Shown here: positions 1-12,429 of the stretch, in pieces | Layout of the letters: every line of letters begins with the position of its first letter | Numbering within the stretch: the stretch's first letter is position 1 | From: Albugo candida | Taxonomy: Eukaryota | Length of the DNA: 64,000 nt | Direction of reading: 5' to 3' | Assembly: GCA_040437565.1 (NCBI GenBank) | Contig: JBDOQK010000003.1 | Coordinates: 868,001 to 932,000, forward strand | Position numbers and translations under genes: made by a program | Notes under the pieces: generated by a model | Database searches by the model: none | The model's input: only the letters and a program-made list of their open reading frames with translations | Told to the model about the DNA's origin: nothing

Positions 1-903
1 AATGTGTCGTATGAATCCAAATGCAATGATCTCGTGCTTACTATTCGACCCCACGCATATGGAGCAGCATTGTTACCGAATGGAACCATCAGAATTGAAC
101 GAAACTTCCATGTGCATCAATTCAGTCGGCCCACATTCGGATTCCAGCTTGTGTTCAAGGAAGACTCAACGACCGATCAGGAGAGTATCGCTGTAGTAGA
201 AAGAATAAAGCTGGCTGCGTGTGATCCATTCATAGTTGGCTTTGATGCTTTTTTAAGGCTGAAAGATGAAGTGGCAGCGCCATCGGCATCAGTCTTCCGT
301 GTCATGTGGCAAGGGTGCGTCCATTGTCGGTTGATTCGATTTCTTTGCTCATGAAAATTGAATTGTAGCGCGGACGATCGATTTGCGTTTTCTGTTGTTT
401 CCACAGCCTTAGAATCGACATCATCGCTCTCGTTTGCTCAGACGCTGATCAACGACTGTAAGGCTTGTGTGCACATCCTTCCCGATCTCTTGATCGACTC
501 GGCTTCTCATATTCACGTACTTTTTCTTCATCTGTTTTCCTTTGTCTTTAGACGTAATCGTTGTGTGTAGATCGCATACATTGCTCAAACGCAATGGAAA
601 TCACGTATTCTTGGATCCCTTGTGCTGACAGCACGAAAGAATGCGACGAAAAATAGCGTTATAGAATGGATTGGGTCACTCGAAGTTCGTAGCTCTAAAT
701 CGGTGATTTTCGAGCTACAGAGTGCTCCTGAAGCCTGCCTGCGAATTTTCGTATCGAATCATGTACGACTGGACCAACCGCAGGCTCACGCAGCCGAACC
801 GTTTGAGACACTTGTGCATGAGAATGTGCTCAAATCGAGACCACAGCCTCACAAAAAGGTCGACGAGGAAATGCTAGAGGACATGTCGACTGCTGTGCCG
901 TAG
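1..903 (+). CDS. 3' part of a multi-exon hypothetical protein gene, entering from the left edge of the window
   Basis: ORFs 4..354, 358..570 and 622..903 can be linked through GT..AG introns (donor near 315, acceptors ttgtag ~369 and tgtag ~570). Stop TAG at 901-903. No family recognised. Confidence 0.45.
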
Positions 904-965
904 GTCAAAGCATTGAAATCCCGGAAAGTGAAGCAATAGTATATGGAAATTGTACTTTGACTGCA

Positions 966-2554
966 TTAAGAACTGATCACACTTTCCTGTTCCTCTTTCA
1001 CTGCAGCGTTCTCGCTATCGTCAGTCCCTTCTTGTTCCATGTCTGCGAGCGCTGGCTCTTCAAAAAGCGTATCACGCAAGCTCTGTTCTATCTTCTTTGC
1101 AATATCTTCATGTAATTCCAAAAAGGCTTTGGCTTTTGCTCGGCCTTGACCCATGGGAGCTATTCAGTGCGCTCACCTCAGGTTTGTGAAATGAAGTTTA
1201 TAGCAAGAGAACCTTACCTTCATTTTCGACAAGAGAGTACCAGGCTCCCGACCGATTTATTAATCCGTGTTGTGTCCCCAAATCCAGCTACAAAGTATGC
1301 CTCAGACTCTCAGATCTCAATATATACGCTGACATCTCACCAATTCTGACATTCGATCGATTCCTTTACCGTAAATCATATCAAAACGAGCAATTTTGAA
1401 TGGTGAAGCGAGCTTGTTTTTGGCAACCTTGACGACCGTCTCATTCCCAATGATAGCATCCCCTTGCTTTATTTGTGTCTGACGGCGAATATCCAGTCGA
1501 ACAGAGGCGTAATATCGCAAGGCTGTGCCACCGGATGTGACTTCCGGCGAGCCAAAAATGACGCCAACTTTTTGACGTATCTGATTGAGGAAAATAAGAG
1601 TACAATGTGATTTCGATAAGGAGCCGGTGAGTTTACGAAGAGCCTGACTCATAAGTCTCGCTTGCAATGCGATTTGTTGGTCACCCATTTCTCCTTCTAA
1701 TTCTGCACGTGGAACTAGTGCAGCAACACTGTCCAACACGACCAAATCCACTGCACCAGAGCGTATTAATGTATCTGTAATTTCAAGTGCTTGTTCACCA
1801 GAGTCAGGTTGTGACACATACAAATCTTCAATATTGACGCCTAATGCTTTGGCGTAATGTGCGTCAATTGCATGTTCGGCATCGATGAAAGCGCAGACGG
1901 CTTCATCCTACAGCATTTGATCAATCATATGGAAAAACGCTGTGAGCGGAAAAATCGTGTAACCTTTTTTTGAGCCTGAGCGATGCAGCTGAGCGCTAAC
2001 GTAGTCTTCCCAGAGCTTTCGGGGCCATAAATTTCAATGATTCGCCTGTAATGACGCGAACAGCGTCGGACATTAAGATTATAATTTCTCTCTTTCAGAC
2101 GCACCCTCTCGGCAGACCGCCGATGCCGAGCGCATAATCGAGAGTCAAGGATCCCGTTGAGATCGTCTCAACTCTTTCAGCGATTTTCCTACATTTTATA
2201 TGATGAGCGCCTTCCCATCCAAAAACGTCTGAATTGCTTACGCGGAGCCCAATTGCATGACAGAACCTTTTCCAAAACTGCTTTCAATTTGCCGTATTGC
2301 CATTGCCAACGCACTCTTTTTGTCTATTGCAAAGAGTGAAAGCCGATGGACTACTGAGTTGTGCATTTCATTGATAGAAAACCTGCATACTCTCTGTTTG
2401 CCAGAGTCTTTTTGAATCGTATTTGTAGACTTTGACTGCACAATGATGGTCGATGATTCCCATGAAGGCGTTCTGGTCTCATACTGCGCATTACAAACGT
2501 TGAATAGCGGCATAAACACACTCGCCGCACGGCTCGGTGACTGCGCGTCATCAT
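966..2554 (-). CDS. recA: Bacterial-type RecA recombinase, probably mitochondrion-targeted; multi-exon
   Basis: Exons encode [17 protein letters not shown], Walker [17 protein letters not shown] (~2000-2046), [77 protein letters not shown] and [11 protein letters not shown]. The Arg/Ser-rich N-terminus [19 protein letters not shown] resembles a transit peptide. The start codon and first intron are inferred. Confidence 0.93.
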
Positions 2555-3441
2555 TGGTGGAAGGTATGAGAACATTTGCAATATGCGGTAAGTCCTATTT
2601 GCTCACGTGCGTTTCGCATCAGTTCTTGAATCGTGATCTCTTTCCACACGAAATTCGTAGCTGTGTGAAGGTTTTGTGCTCTGATCCTCTCTGGATAGAC
2701 TCTCTCTGAATTGAACGATTGTGACCCCATTGCGATGCTCACAATGTAGCGCTCGTTCAATTTATTTGAGTGATACTGCCATTCCTTGCAGATTCTTCCC
2801 TCCAATCGCATCCTCCAACCTATCTTATGGTCGTTTTCATTGATCTCACAGTGCTTGAATTCGCATTTTTGTAGCTCCAATTTCATGCCGACTCCGACAG
2901 CTTTTATATACGCTTCCTTCAACGACCATAACTCATATAAACGTCGAGTTGATTCCGTCTGATTAGTAGCTTCCATGATATAAGCCCACTCAGAGTCTGT
3001 GAAACGATTCTTGAAGGAATGATATAAGCCGATCTTCCCTGCCGAATTTAAGATCTGAGGACGTTGCAGATCCACAATGTCGACACCGACAAGATCGACA
3101 TCATCCGATACAATAACTACTAATGTGCCGTCATGTGAGACGTTATAATTCCACTCAGAGGGAACATTGTATTGCTTCATTGTGGCCCTGGACAAGTGAG
3201 GTTTCTGGCCGTGCGAACGTGAAATCTCAATGTCTTGATACGGTATGTTTAATTGCAAGTGAATGAGTGTGCGCTGTAGTAAACGACTCAAAAGTGCCAA
3301 TAACGCATGCTTCTCGTTAAGGAAGCGAGAAACTTGCAATTGTTCGTGAGATGGTAACATTAGGAGCAATTTCTGTTTTTCTGCACATGTGCCTGTGCTC
3401 AAAAGTGGCTGTATATCGACAAACCATGCAAGTGGAGCCAT
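2551..3441 (-). CDS. AASDHPPT: Sfp/Lys5-type 4'-phosphopantetheinyl transferase (AASDHPPT-like), 296 aa
   Basis: Motifs KPHL, YNVSHDG, VGVDIV and LWSLKEAYIKAVGVG. Single ORF from ATG at 3441 (MAPLAWF...). Confidence 0.9.
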   Translation of the reverse strand: MAPLAWFVDIQPLLSTGTCAEKQKLLLMLPSHEQLQVSRFLNEKHALLALLSRLLQRTLIHLQLNIPYQDIEISRSHGQKPHLSRATMKQYNVPSEWNYNVSHDGTLVVIVSDDVDLVGVDIVDLQRPQILNSAGKIGLYHSFKNRFTDSEWAYIMEATNQTESTRRLYELWSLKEAYIKAVGVGMKLELQKCEFKHCEINENDHKIGWRMRLEGRICKEWQYHSNKLNERYIVSIAMGSQSFNSERVYPERIRAQNLHTATNFVWKEITIQELMRNAREQIGLTAYCKCSHTFHQ

Positions 3442-3473
3442 TGAGTCGAAGCGTGATATAGTGGAACGAAAAG

Positions 3474-3544
3474 AGTCCTCGACGGGACTCGAACCCGCAA
3501 TCTCCCGCTTCGTAGGCGGACGCCTTATCCATTGGGCCACGAAG
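3474..3544 (-). tRNA. trnR-ACG: Second copy of tRNA-Arg(ACG), cut by the N-gap; probably the same locus duplicated by assembly
   Basis: Matches the 3792-3862 copy and lies within the duplicated segment 3327-3544 = 3645-3862. Confidence 0.7.
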
Positions 3545-3791
3545 NNNNNNNNNNNNNNNNNNNNNNNNNNNNNNNNNNNNNNNNNNNNNNNNNNNNNNNN
3601 NNNNNNNNNNNNNNNNNNNNNNNNNNNNNNNNNNNNNNNNNNNNGAGAAACTTGCAATTGTTCGTGAGATGGTAACATTAGGAGCAATTTCTGTTTTTCT
3701 GCACATGTGCCTGTGCTCAAAAGTGGCTGTATATCGACAAACCATGCAAGTGGAGCCATTGAGTCGAAGCGTGATATAGTGGAACGAAAAG

Positions 3792-3864
3792 AGTCCTCGA
3801 CGGGACTCGAACCCGCAATCTCCCGCTTCGTAGGCGGACGCCTTATCCATTGGGCCACGAAGAC
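3792..3864 (-). tRNA. trnR-ACG: tRNA-Arg, anticodon ACG
   Basis: The reverse complement GTCTTCGTGGCCCAATGGATAAGGCGTCCGCCTACGAAGCGGGAGATTGCGGGTTCGAGTCCCGTCGAGGACT has a D-arm/A-box, anticodon loop CTACGAA, T-loop GTTCGA and a paired acceptor stem, followed by TTTT. Confidence 0.95.
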
Positions 3865-5263
3865 TTGCTATGTTGAGGGCAGGCTAGAACCTGTTAATTA
3901 GCTGAACAAAGTACATCGACACACAGTATGGATTCAAATGCATACTTGGTGAAGAGTTTGGGCTCGAAATCGTCCACTTGGTACGCACGATAGTGTTTAT
4001 ACCACAACGAGGTAGCGGTGAATCTGTTGATTATGTTGTGCTTACCTTCCTTCCAAATATTTAGATCGCAATCCGTAAACCCGAGTTTAATCGTAGCGTA
4101 CTGTGGTCTCTCAACACAAAAGCTGTCTTGCAACTCACAAGTGAAAGGATCGGGTTCTTGCATACGTATGTGACGATATTGGCATCGAAACATTTCTTTA
4201 TCACCCTACGTTTCTCTTTCTTCCCAATGCGATATGTTGACTCGTTGCTCGTAGAATCACACCAAATGTGTTGATGCTCTTGATGTCCGTTGAGGACTAT
4301 GCCGTACTTTGGCAATACAAATGGTGGTGTCCGCTGCCACGGTAATTTTCTCAAACTTGTCCTGAATATATTCTCGTTGTGGCTGATCTGGGTCATATGG
4401 GTGAAATGTCGTCAGCCTTACTTTATAGCTGGGGTAAAACTTGGCAGCATAGTCGAAGAGGACATTGACTATTTCTCCATATTCGACAATGGATGCTGCT
4501 CATAGCAAAGCGCACCTTACACACATATGATTGAGCATTGTTGTTGTTGCTGTGCATTTAGAACTCATACTGATGTCATAGCTAAAATACAGCTAATCAC
4601 GCTTCAAGCAGCCCCAGCGGTCCGCACATAACTGTACCATTTTCCGATCGTAACAGGGATTCGATTTAGATCACGAGCACGGAGTTGCACTGTATATCAC
4701 GAATGGCCCTGTGCAGTTCGGCGTTATTCTTTGATAGGACTTCATATCAAACTACCAGTCCTTTGTCAATTTAATAGAGCCTATGCGCCCAAAGTTCAAT
4801 GAAGGGATCTTTACACACAATACAAGATGTAAGGTTCCAGCAACATTTCTTCCGTATGAAGCTCCGCTTTGATCTCGAGTCTTGAGTCTTGAAAGTAATG
4901 CGCCCCTTAAGAAAGAAATGCTGTGTGCTGATAGAATTCTGTCTAAAATCGTATCTAATGTCTGAGTTGAAAAAAGACCTGACCGTCCATGTTTGCGTTA
5001 TTCCCCTCCTAACCTGTCCAGATACAGCCAATTCGGTAGATGAAGCTATATGTTATCATTTGGGATGGAAGAGCGCTCGCTGTATTCCGAATGAACTGAC
5101 AGTACATGTAGCGGTACGAGCTTGAAATCAACTCATCAAGTTCCTACAATTACTAGAGAATAAAGTACAACAGCTATACAGCAGGCGTATTCTTGTGCAC
5201 TCTGTTGCAACGCATGTATCACCCATGAGATATTTTCTTGGGCTGCACCACAAAACGATCTTT

Positions 5264-7253
5264 TCATATGTCCCTTGGACCTTTCTTTATTGCATTGTTG
5301 CAGGTAAGCACATTAGAAATCCGCTTTAATGTCATGCGGTCCATTACATCTGCCAACTCGTCGGTATCCCCTGCATCTAATCCATAGCTCAATTCCGTAT
5401 CTGAGTGAAATAGGGCGGTCGTACCTTTTTCTCCTTCCAATTCATTTTCTGATAAAATACTCGCAGCTGATATGTACCCTTTCTTCTCTTTCGCTTCGAT
5501 ACGCACATTATATGGAGACTGTAGCTTTTGTGTCGACACATCCATTTTCGCCTCATCAACAAGTCGAGGCTCTTGAGTATCATCAGAGCTCATAAACCGA
5601 TGAACCCGCATACAATCTTCGCACACCTGAACAAGTCTTGATTCTAGAGATGATAAGTCATTCTTATCGACATTTTCAGCTGTCCATCGCTGTAAGAGTT
5701 CTTCAAGTCCATCCTGTCATGACCAGAGGTATTGAGATGCGTCCGGACTTGTGAATGAAAGTACCTTTATAGGACGAACGGCCTGATCGACAAACACATA
5801 TCTATCAATAACTGTCGCAAGTCTCCGTTCTGCGGTCGATTGTACATCTTCTGGTAGCCCCAATATTTGATCCATATTTCTTCGTAAAAGTGAGCATTGC
5901 TCTCGCTCGGTATTTCTCAATGATTCCTGCGACAAAAATGGGTTTTTGGCCGTTTTGAATGGAGAAACACGTACTAGTGACTGACGTAATTTATCAGTTT
6001 CGAAAAGATATTCCTGATGTTTTTCGTCGAGCTCCCGTTTCAGATCTTGTCGTGCTTTGAGAATTTGAAGTACCTCCTCTACATCGACAGTATCCTTGTA
6101 TACGCCCACATCAAGACGACGAAATGCATTCTCATAATCCAAACTCTCAGCTGCGAGGTTCGTATCCTCGCTCTCGGGATCACTGGTCGTCAATGAATCA
6201 TTGGAATCGATCATCTGCACTTGATCCTTGCCCTTTATCTTTTCTTTGAACGCATGCGATTTATGCAGCGCGGACATGGTCTGTATCTATACACACATCG
6301 CATCAACGTGCGCCCCATGTTGCATGACGGTGTCAACGTACTTGAGCCTCGTAAAAATTTTCAAACTTTTGCTTTTCTCGCATCCATTTTTGTCGGACCA
6401 AGACTTCCTGTTTATAACTTTTGACCTGAGATGCAATTTCAGCTTTTCTTTGTATTAATCGCGACTGTAGCTGACTCAAAGCTTCTCCAGTTGTGATTTC
6501 TTTTCGTTGTAATTCTTCCACTCGATGTATTTTGTCTTCGTATTGATCTTTCAGTTGATTGGCAAGAACTTGATACTTGGACCATTCTTGCTACAGTGTA
6601 AATTCAGCAAACGCGTTCATCGGGAAGAAAAGTAGTACCCGTAAACGGCGTTTAATATGTTCGCAGACTGCAACTTTACGATATATTTTCCAGGTCTCCA
6701 ATGTACTTTTTTTCAATTGGGCTTGGAAATATTCAATGTTTGTATTTTTTGCATAGATGGGTCGTCTCGAAATAATTGGAATCGCCTGCGGAAGGTCTGA
6801 AGAATGTTTGGATGCCTGAGTCGAATTCTCCTCATATTTGCGGTATTTCACATGGTATTCTGATACGGAAGGGCGATCATTAACATGCAAACGCGACGCA
6901 TGTGCGTTCTCGTCACTTTTCGAATTTACTCGAACTCCCAGCGCTCTACTTTCTGCCATCAAATCGTCCAGAGTGAGTTTTGTTTTCTTCACTTCTTCTC
7001 TTTTCTTTAGGACTTGGTATCGTAATCGGTCGCTTTCACATCGTTTCTTATCAACGATTTTTCTCACTTTACATTCTAAGGCGTGCATCAATTCTGCTGA
7101 AGTGGATCCGATGTTGTTATCAGATTTATGGCCCGTAGCGGATTTTGGAGCAATTGTCACCGCTCTGAACGACGATCGGGATGCATCCACGTGATTTTTA
7201 TCACCGAGTGACGCAGAATGCGGACGATTGCGTATGATCTTCGATGCACTCAT
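5264..7253 (-). CDS. Multi-exon coiled-coil hypothetical protein; 3' end uncertain
   Basis: Collinear minus-strand ORFs 6591..7253, 6333..6521, 5717..6277 and 5264..5626 are rich in E/K/Q/L heptad-like segments and separated by intron-sized gaps. Confidence 0.6.
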
Positions 7254-7381
7254 TTTTAGCGCAGGCCCAAAGCAAAAAAAAAAAACACCTTGCGTGTTTT
7301 CTCAGCTTGAACTGGATGTCCTTTCAAGATCCAGTAATTCTGATTTTGAACTAGAAAAATCATATTGTCATCGCTTCCATA

Positions 7382-9914
7382 ATGCAGCCATCTGAGTCAT
7401 CTATTTCCAAACGTTTCACTACTTTTACGTCACCGAGTCGATCTCAAAGTAGTTTGCAGCTATACGGATCCATTGAGCATTGTCATGCAGTCTCTCATTC
7501 CCAAGAAACCTCCTGCGATGAGGATGAGCTACGGGCTTTAGGATACGATACGCTTATCACAACAAGCACCTCTGTTCTTTCTTGTATTCAGATTCTTCGC
7601 CGAATCATACAGAAATACGCGTATGGACGCGTTGGAAGAGAACTACAGCATCTTTCGCTGACTGTCGCCTCGTTTGAACGAGTACTTTACACTTTTATTC
7701 GCGACGAAATCATCTTGGCTTCCGAGACGTATTGTGAGCAGAAATCCCGACAGCACGATCATTTGCTAGATTTACGTGAGAAAACAGCGCTCAAGGATAT
7801 CATTCCACTCATTCCCAGAGAAGAGCGCTTCACGATTCTCTCTGGCGGAGTCGCCTCATTGCTTCGTAATGCTACAAAGTCGCTAGAGGAGACGAAACAA
7901 GTGCTAGAAACCCTACAATCGAGCTATGATCCCAATCGTGAAGCACGATGGTCATTTCGATCCACGCTCGTCGTATTCACCGTGTATTTTGGATTCAAAC
8001 GATTGTTTTCTCGACGACCAACGGCGTTAAAACGAATTCTGATGCGATTATTTCCATCGAAACGAGATTTTCTCAAATATTTTCTTGGTGGATTTCTTCT
8101 TTTGGATTGTTACAATCGCTTCATGTATCGCTTTTCGACATTGAGACGTCTCAAAGTACATCATGGACGCGTACTAATGACACTACGACTCTTCCTTTTG
8201 TGTCAATACGTATTGCAACGAACGAGATCGAAAAGTGGAGCTTCTTCGCGCTGTCGCCTTTTGATTGATTCTCCGATGGAATCCGATATCGATGACGATC
8301 TCAAAAATGCCACAACTTTATTGGTTGAACGCGTACCACTTCCAGCAGAGTATTATGATCGATCATGTGAGCCGATTGGACTTACAGCTTTCAAGATCGG
8401 NNNNNNNNNNNNNNNNNNNNNNNNNNNNNNNNNNNNNNNNNNNNNNNNNNNNNNNNNNNNNNNNNNNNNNNNNNNNNNNNNNNNNNNNNNNNNNNNNNNN
8501 ACCACTTCCAGCAGAGTATTATGATCGATCATGTGAGCCGATTGGACTTACAGCTTTCAAGATCGGCATCAATACACTTCTCGCCTCCAGCGCCTTTGCA
8601 CATTATCTGCTGCGTCGAGGATCCAAGAAAAACTCCGAAAAGCTACTTCGTGCTTTCGGACCGATGATTGTCTGGTGTACGATTCCGTACTATGCCATTA
8701 GAGCGAAAAAAGCCGCTCGATATGCTTCTCGTGTGGTGATTGACCATGCAGATGTGGATGTCATACGGCTCGGATGGAATGTGTATGGTGAATCTCGACT
8801 TGTCCAATTCCTCACGAGTATACGATCCGAGAAGTTAGCTGTCTCGCTTGAGAGATTTCTTCCATATCACGACGCATCACATAGTTGCAGCACGGACTGT
8901 CGTCAGCACGAGTCTGATTTTCGTGTGATGGTTTTCAGTGTTCGGCCTCTGAATTCCGTGGCATTGGGTACGTGGGATGGAGCTACTGTAGCGCTCACAC
9001 CCGAAATGAAGGCCACCGGTCTACCCCATCAACGCCTTGTGCTGTTGTACATTCATGGTGGAGGATTCTTTGGACGATTTCTACAGAGTGATTTGTACAA
9101 TCTCTCGATTTGGGCAGCTCAACTTGGCGTCGTGATAGTTTATGTCGGTACGATCCTTACCTATTGAGCGTAATACGCTGTGCTGACTTGTGATGATGAT
9201 AGACTATGGTCTTAGTCCCGAAAGTCAGTTTCCAATACCTCTCCAGCAATGCTTTCGCGCGTACAAATGGGTCGTGAATGGCGGACTGGGATTCATACCG
9301 GATCGAGTCGTGTTGTTTGGTGAAAGTGCAGGTCGGCCAAACGATTTTCAGGCTTTGGTGTCTATTCTAATACGTCTCATTTGTACTCAGGAGGGAATCT
9401 TGCAGCGGCATGCTGCATCAAATGCATCCAAGAAAATTTTCAGCTCCCAGCTGGCATGACTTTGATGTACCCAGCGCTGAGTATGCATCTATCACCTTCA
9501 CCATCACGATTTTTGCATCAAAGCGATCCAGTGTTGCCACGAGGTATAATGGAACTATCGCTCAATTCGTACTATCCATCTCATGGACATTCCAGTCAGT
9601 ACAAACATAATATCCATGATCCTCTGGTGTCACCCGGGCTGGCTGATGATGAAGAATTGAAACATTTTCCACCGACAGCACTGTCGGTCGGCGATCTAGA
9701 CCCGCTTTTGGATGATAGTGTGGACCTGTACACTCGACTCACTATCCTCCACGTTCCAGCCACACTCAAAATATATCAAGGCTTATCTCACGGGTACATT
9801 ATCTATGGGAACTTGGTACCACAAGCTCAACGAGCCATTGATGAAACCTGTGAACGCGTTCAGAAATTGTTTGTTGTCTCTGAAAGTGTGGAAAATGCTC
9901 GACAGATTTTGTAG
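7382..9914 (+). CDS. Hormone-sensitive-lipase-family alpha/beta hydrolase with a long N-terminal extension
   Basis: Oxyanion motif LLYIHGGGF, nucleophile elbow FGESAG|GNL split by an intron (~9332-9390), DPLLDD acid and GLSHG histidine. An N-gap at 8401-8500 carries a 66-nt duplicate. Confidence 0.88.
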
Positions 9915-10083
9915 TTGGTCATAGCGTCATTTTTGTTCGTTCTATTGTAAAAAATCGATTTTTCGACATGATAAAGTGAGTTTTGGGTCTCCGAGTCCAT
10001 TCAACCAAAACGCGACGCCGAGTTCGCATCGCAAGTGATCAGAATCCAAAAAGTCCCGTCATCTATCTCTGTAAGCTAGACTA

Positions 10084-10693
10084 TCATGCTACCACTTTGC
10101 GAGGTCTTTGGTCGTCTAGCTTCTGCTTTTTCTTTTTCATCAATTTTGTAACTTTGGTGTCTTGAAAATTTTCGCAGTCTTGAACGATCGATAAAAATGT
10201 GGTAAAAGGTTTGCCCAGAATCAATTTTTCACGATTTTCAGCGGTCGGAAAAGCATTTGTGATCTGTTTAGAGAGTTCGTTGAGCTCTGTACGAACGATA
10301 TACGATTCGTCGTTGTGCTGTATGGTTGCAACCGCGCGGCCGGTTGATCGAGAACGTTTGCCCAAATGTATCGATTGATTGGACAGCGAGGAAGCGCTCA
10401 TCTAATAGAAAATTTGTAATGCACGAAACAAAGAGGAGATTTAAGTGATTTCGTACGTTTTTAGGCAGCTTGAAGAGCCACAATTCCTTATCGTCCGAGT
10501 GGATATCTTCATGTAAGAGAGACTTACTCGCTTTGATGCTGTGAAATCCCTCAGGCACTTCAAACTCGCTGTTTAGAAGAAGGCGATGATTAAAAATGTG
10601 AAGTAGTACAGGCGGAATAAGTACATACTCTTCGGATTCATCGGAGGTAAAAGAATTAGACGCGCACGCATCGCTTTCAATTTCCGGCGCCAT
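10084..10693 (-). CDS. RNA polymerase I subunit RPA34/PAF49-like protein, intron-containing
   Basis: FEVPEGF...DDKELWLFKLPKN resembles the RPA34.5 N-terminal domain. Later exon has KLILGKPF and a Lys-rich tail (KKKKQK). Confidence 0.6.
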
Positions 10694-11376
10694 TATCCTT
10701 CAATATATCAGCCAGTCGTTACTGGTGGAGAGAGCTTTTTCAGCCAATGATGTCTCTCTGAACGAATACAATTTGGTTTTTCCTTTTCCATTCGACTTGT
10801 TCCCACAAGAATAGTTGAACTGTATCAAGGTTGTACGGGTGCCTCGCTTACCAGAACATATAAAAATGATATACAAGGTGATATTGATCTTACGATACGA
10901 CCGCCAAGTCGGATACTCTTGGATTTACGGACACGATCTGTGAGCATCGATATCGCATCGATACCGCATCAACCACATTTTGAGATACGCGATCCCATCT
11001 AATGATTCAGAACATCAAAATCTACTTTTGAATCGATTAGGAAACACCAACAGAGTCATCGATCCTTTGGTGTGCAATAATGAGAAGAGGAAGTGATAGG
11101 AGTAGCTCACTTTGACTCGTTCTCTGTGTGATGAAGCATACGGTATCCCAAAATCCACAATCGTATTCAGTTCCTTTCGGTACTCACGAATAAAACATAT
11201 GCGCGCAACAAGCTTTAAAATGCTGCATTCCCCTTACGGTTCGTAAACTTGGCTCGTCCAAGTGGCACATTGCTGTNNNNNNNNNNNNNNNNNNNNNNNN
11301 NNNNNNNNNNNNNNNNNNNNNNNNNNNNNNNNNNNNNNNNNNNNNNNNNNNNNNNNNNNNNNNNNNNNNNNNNNNN

Positions 11377-12410
11377 GGTCGGAAAAGCATTTGTGATCTG
11401 TTTAGAGAGTTCGTTGAGCTCTGTACGAACGATATACGATTCGTCGTTGTGCTGTATGGTTGCAACCGCGCGGCCGGTTGATCGAGAACGTTTGCCCAAA
11501 TGTATCGATTGATTGGACAGCGAGGAAGCGCTCATCTAATAGAAAATTTGTAATGCACGAAACAAAGAGGAGATTTAAGTGATTTCGTACGTTTTTAGGC
11601 AGCTTGAAGAGCCACAATTCCTTATCGTCCGAGTGGATATCTTCATGTAAGAGAGACTTACTCGCTTTGATGCTGTGAAATCCCTCAGGCACTTCAAACT
11701 CGCTGTTTAGAAGAAGGCGATGATTAAAAATGTGAAGTAGTACAGGCGGAATAAGTACATACTCTTCGGATTCATCGGAGGTAAAAGAATTAGACGCGCA
11801 CGCATCGCTTTCAATTTCCGGCGCCATTATCCTTCAATATATCAGCCAGTCGTTACTGGTGGAGAGAGCTTTTTCAGCCAATGATGTCTCTCTGAACGAA
11901 TACAATTTGGTTTTTCCTTTTCCATTCGACTTGTTCCCACAAGAATAGTTGAACTGTATCAAGGTTGTACGGGTGCCTCGCTTACCAGAACATATAAAAA
12001 TGATATACAAGGTGATATTGATCTTACGATACGACCGCCAAGTCGGATACTCTTGGATTTACGGACACGATCTGTGAGCATCGATATCGCATCGATACCG
12101 CATCAACCACATTTTGAGATACGCGATCCCATCTAATGATTCAGAACATCAAAATCTACTTTTGAATCGATTAGGAAACACCAACAGAGTCATCGATCCT
12201 TTGGTGTGCAATAATGAGAAGAGGAAGTGATAGGAGTAGCTCACTTTGACTCGTTCTCTGTGTGATGAAGCATACGGTATCCCAAAATCCACAATCGTAT
12301 TCAGTTCCTTTCGGTACTCACGAATAAAACATATGCGCGCAACAAGCTTTAAAATGCTGCATTCCCCTTACGGTTCGTAAACTTGGCTCGTCCAAGTGGC
12401 ACATTGCTGT
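11377..12410. repeat. Duplicate of 10243-11276 across the N-gap, including a partial RPA34-like copy; probable assembly artefact
   Basis: Apparently identical 1034-nt sequence on both sides of the gap at 11277-11376. Confidence 0.85.
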
Positions 12411-12429
12411 GCAACAGCATCATGCATCA

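Noticed and set aside
966-3441. Bacterial contamination suggested by recA plus an Sfp-type PPTase
   Set aside because: recA contains spliceosomal introns and its neighbours are eukaryotic genes.
3442-3858. N-terminal extension of ORF 2551..3858 (MAQWIRRPPTKREIAGSSP...)
   Set aside because: It is the translation of the tRNA gene and the gap duplicate; the real start is ATG at 3441.
3327-3862. Tandem duplication of the tRNA plus the PPTase 5' end
   Set aside because: Matching copies directly flank a 100-N gap, typical of an unmerged contig overlap.
3894-5125. Short ORFs on both strands between the tRNA and the coiled-coil gene
   Set aside because: No recognisable motifs or consistent exon chain; could be a decayed gene but I cannot support it.
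10243-12410. Two RPA34-like gene copies
   Set aside because: Matching 1034-nt sequence on both sides of the N-gap; assembly artefact.
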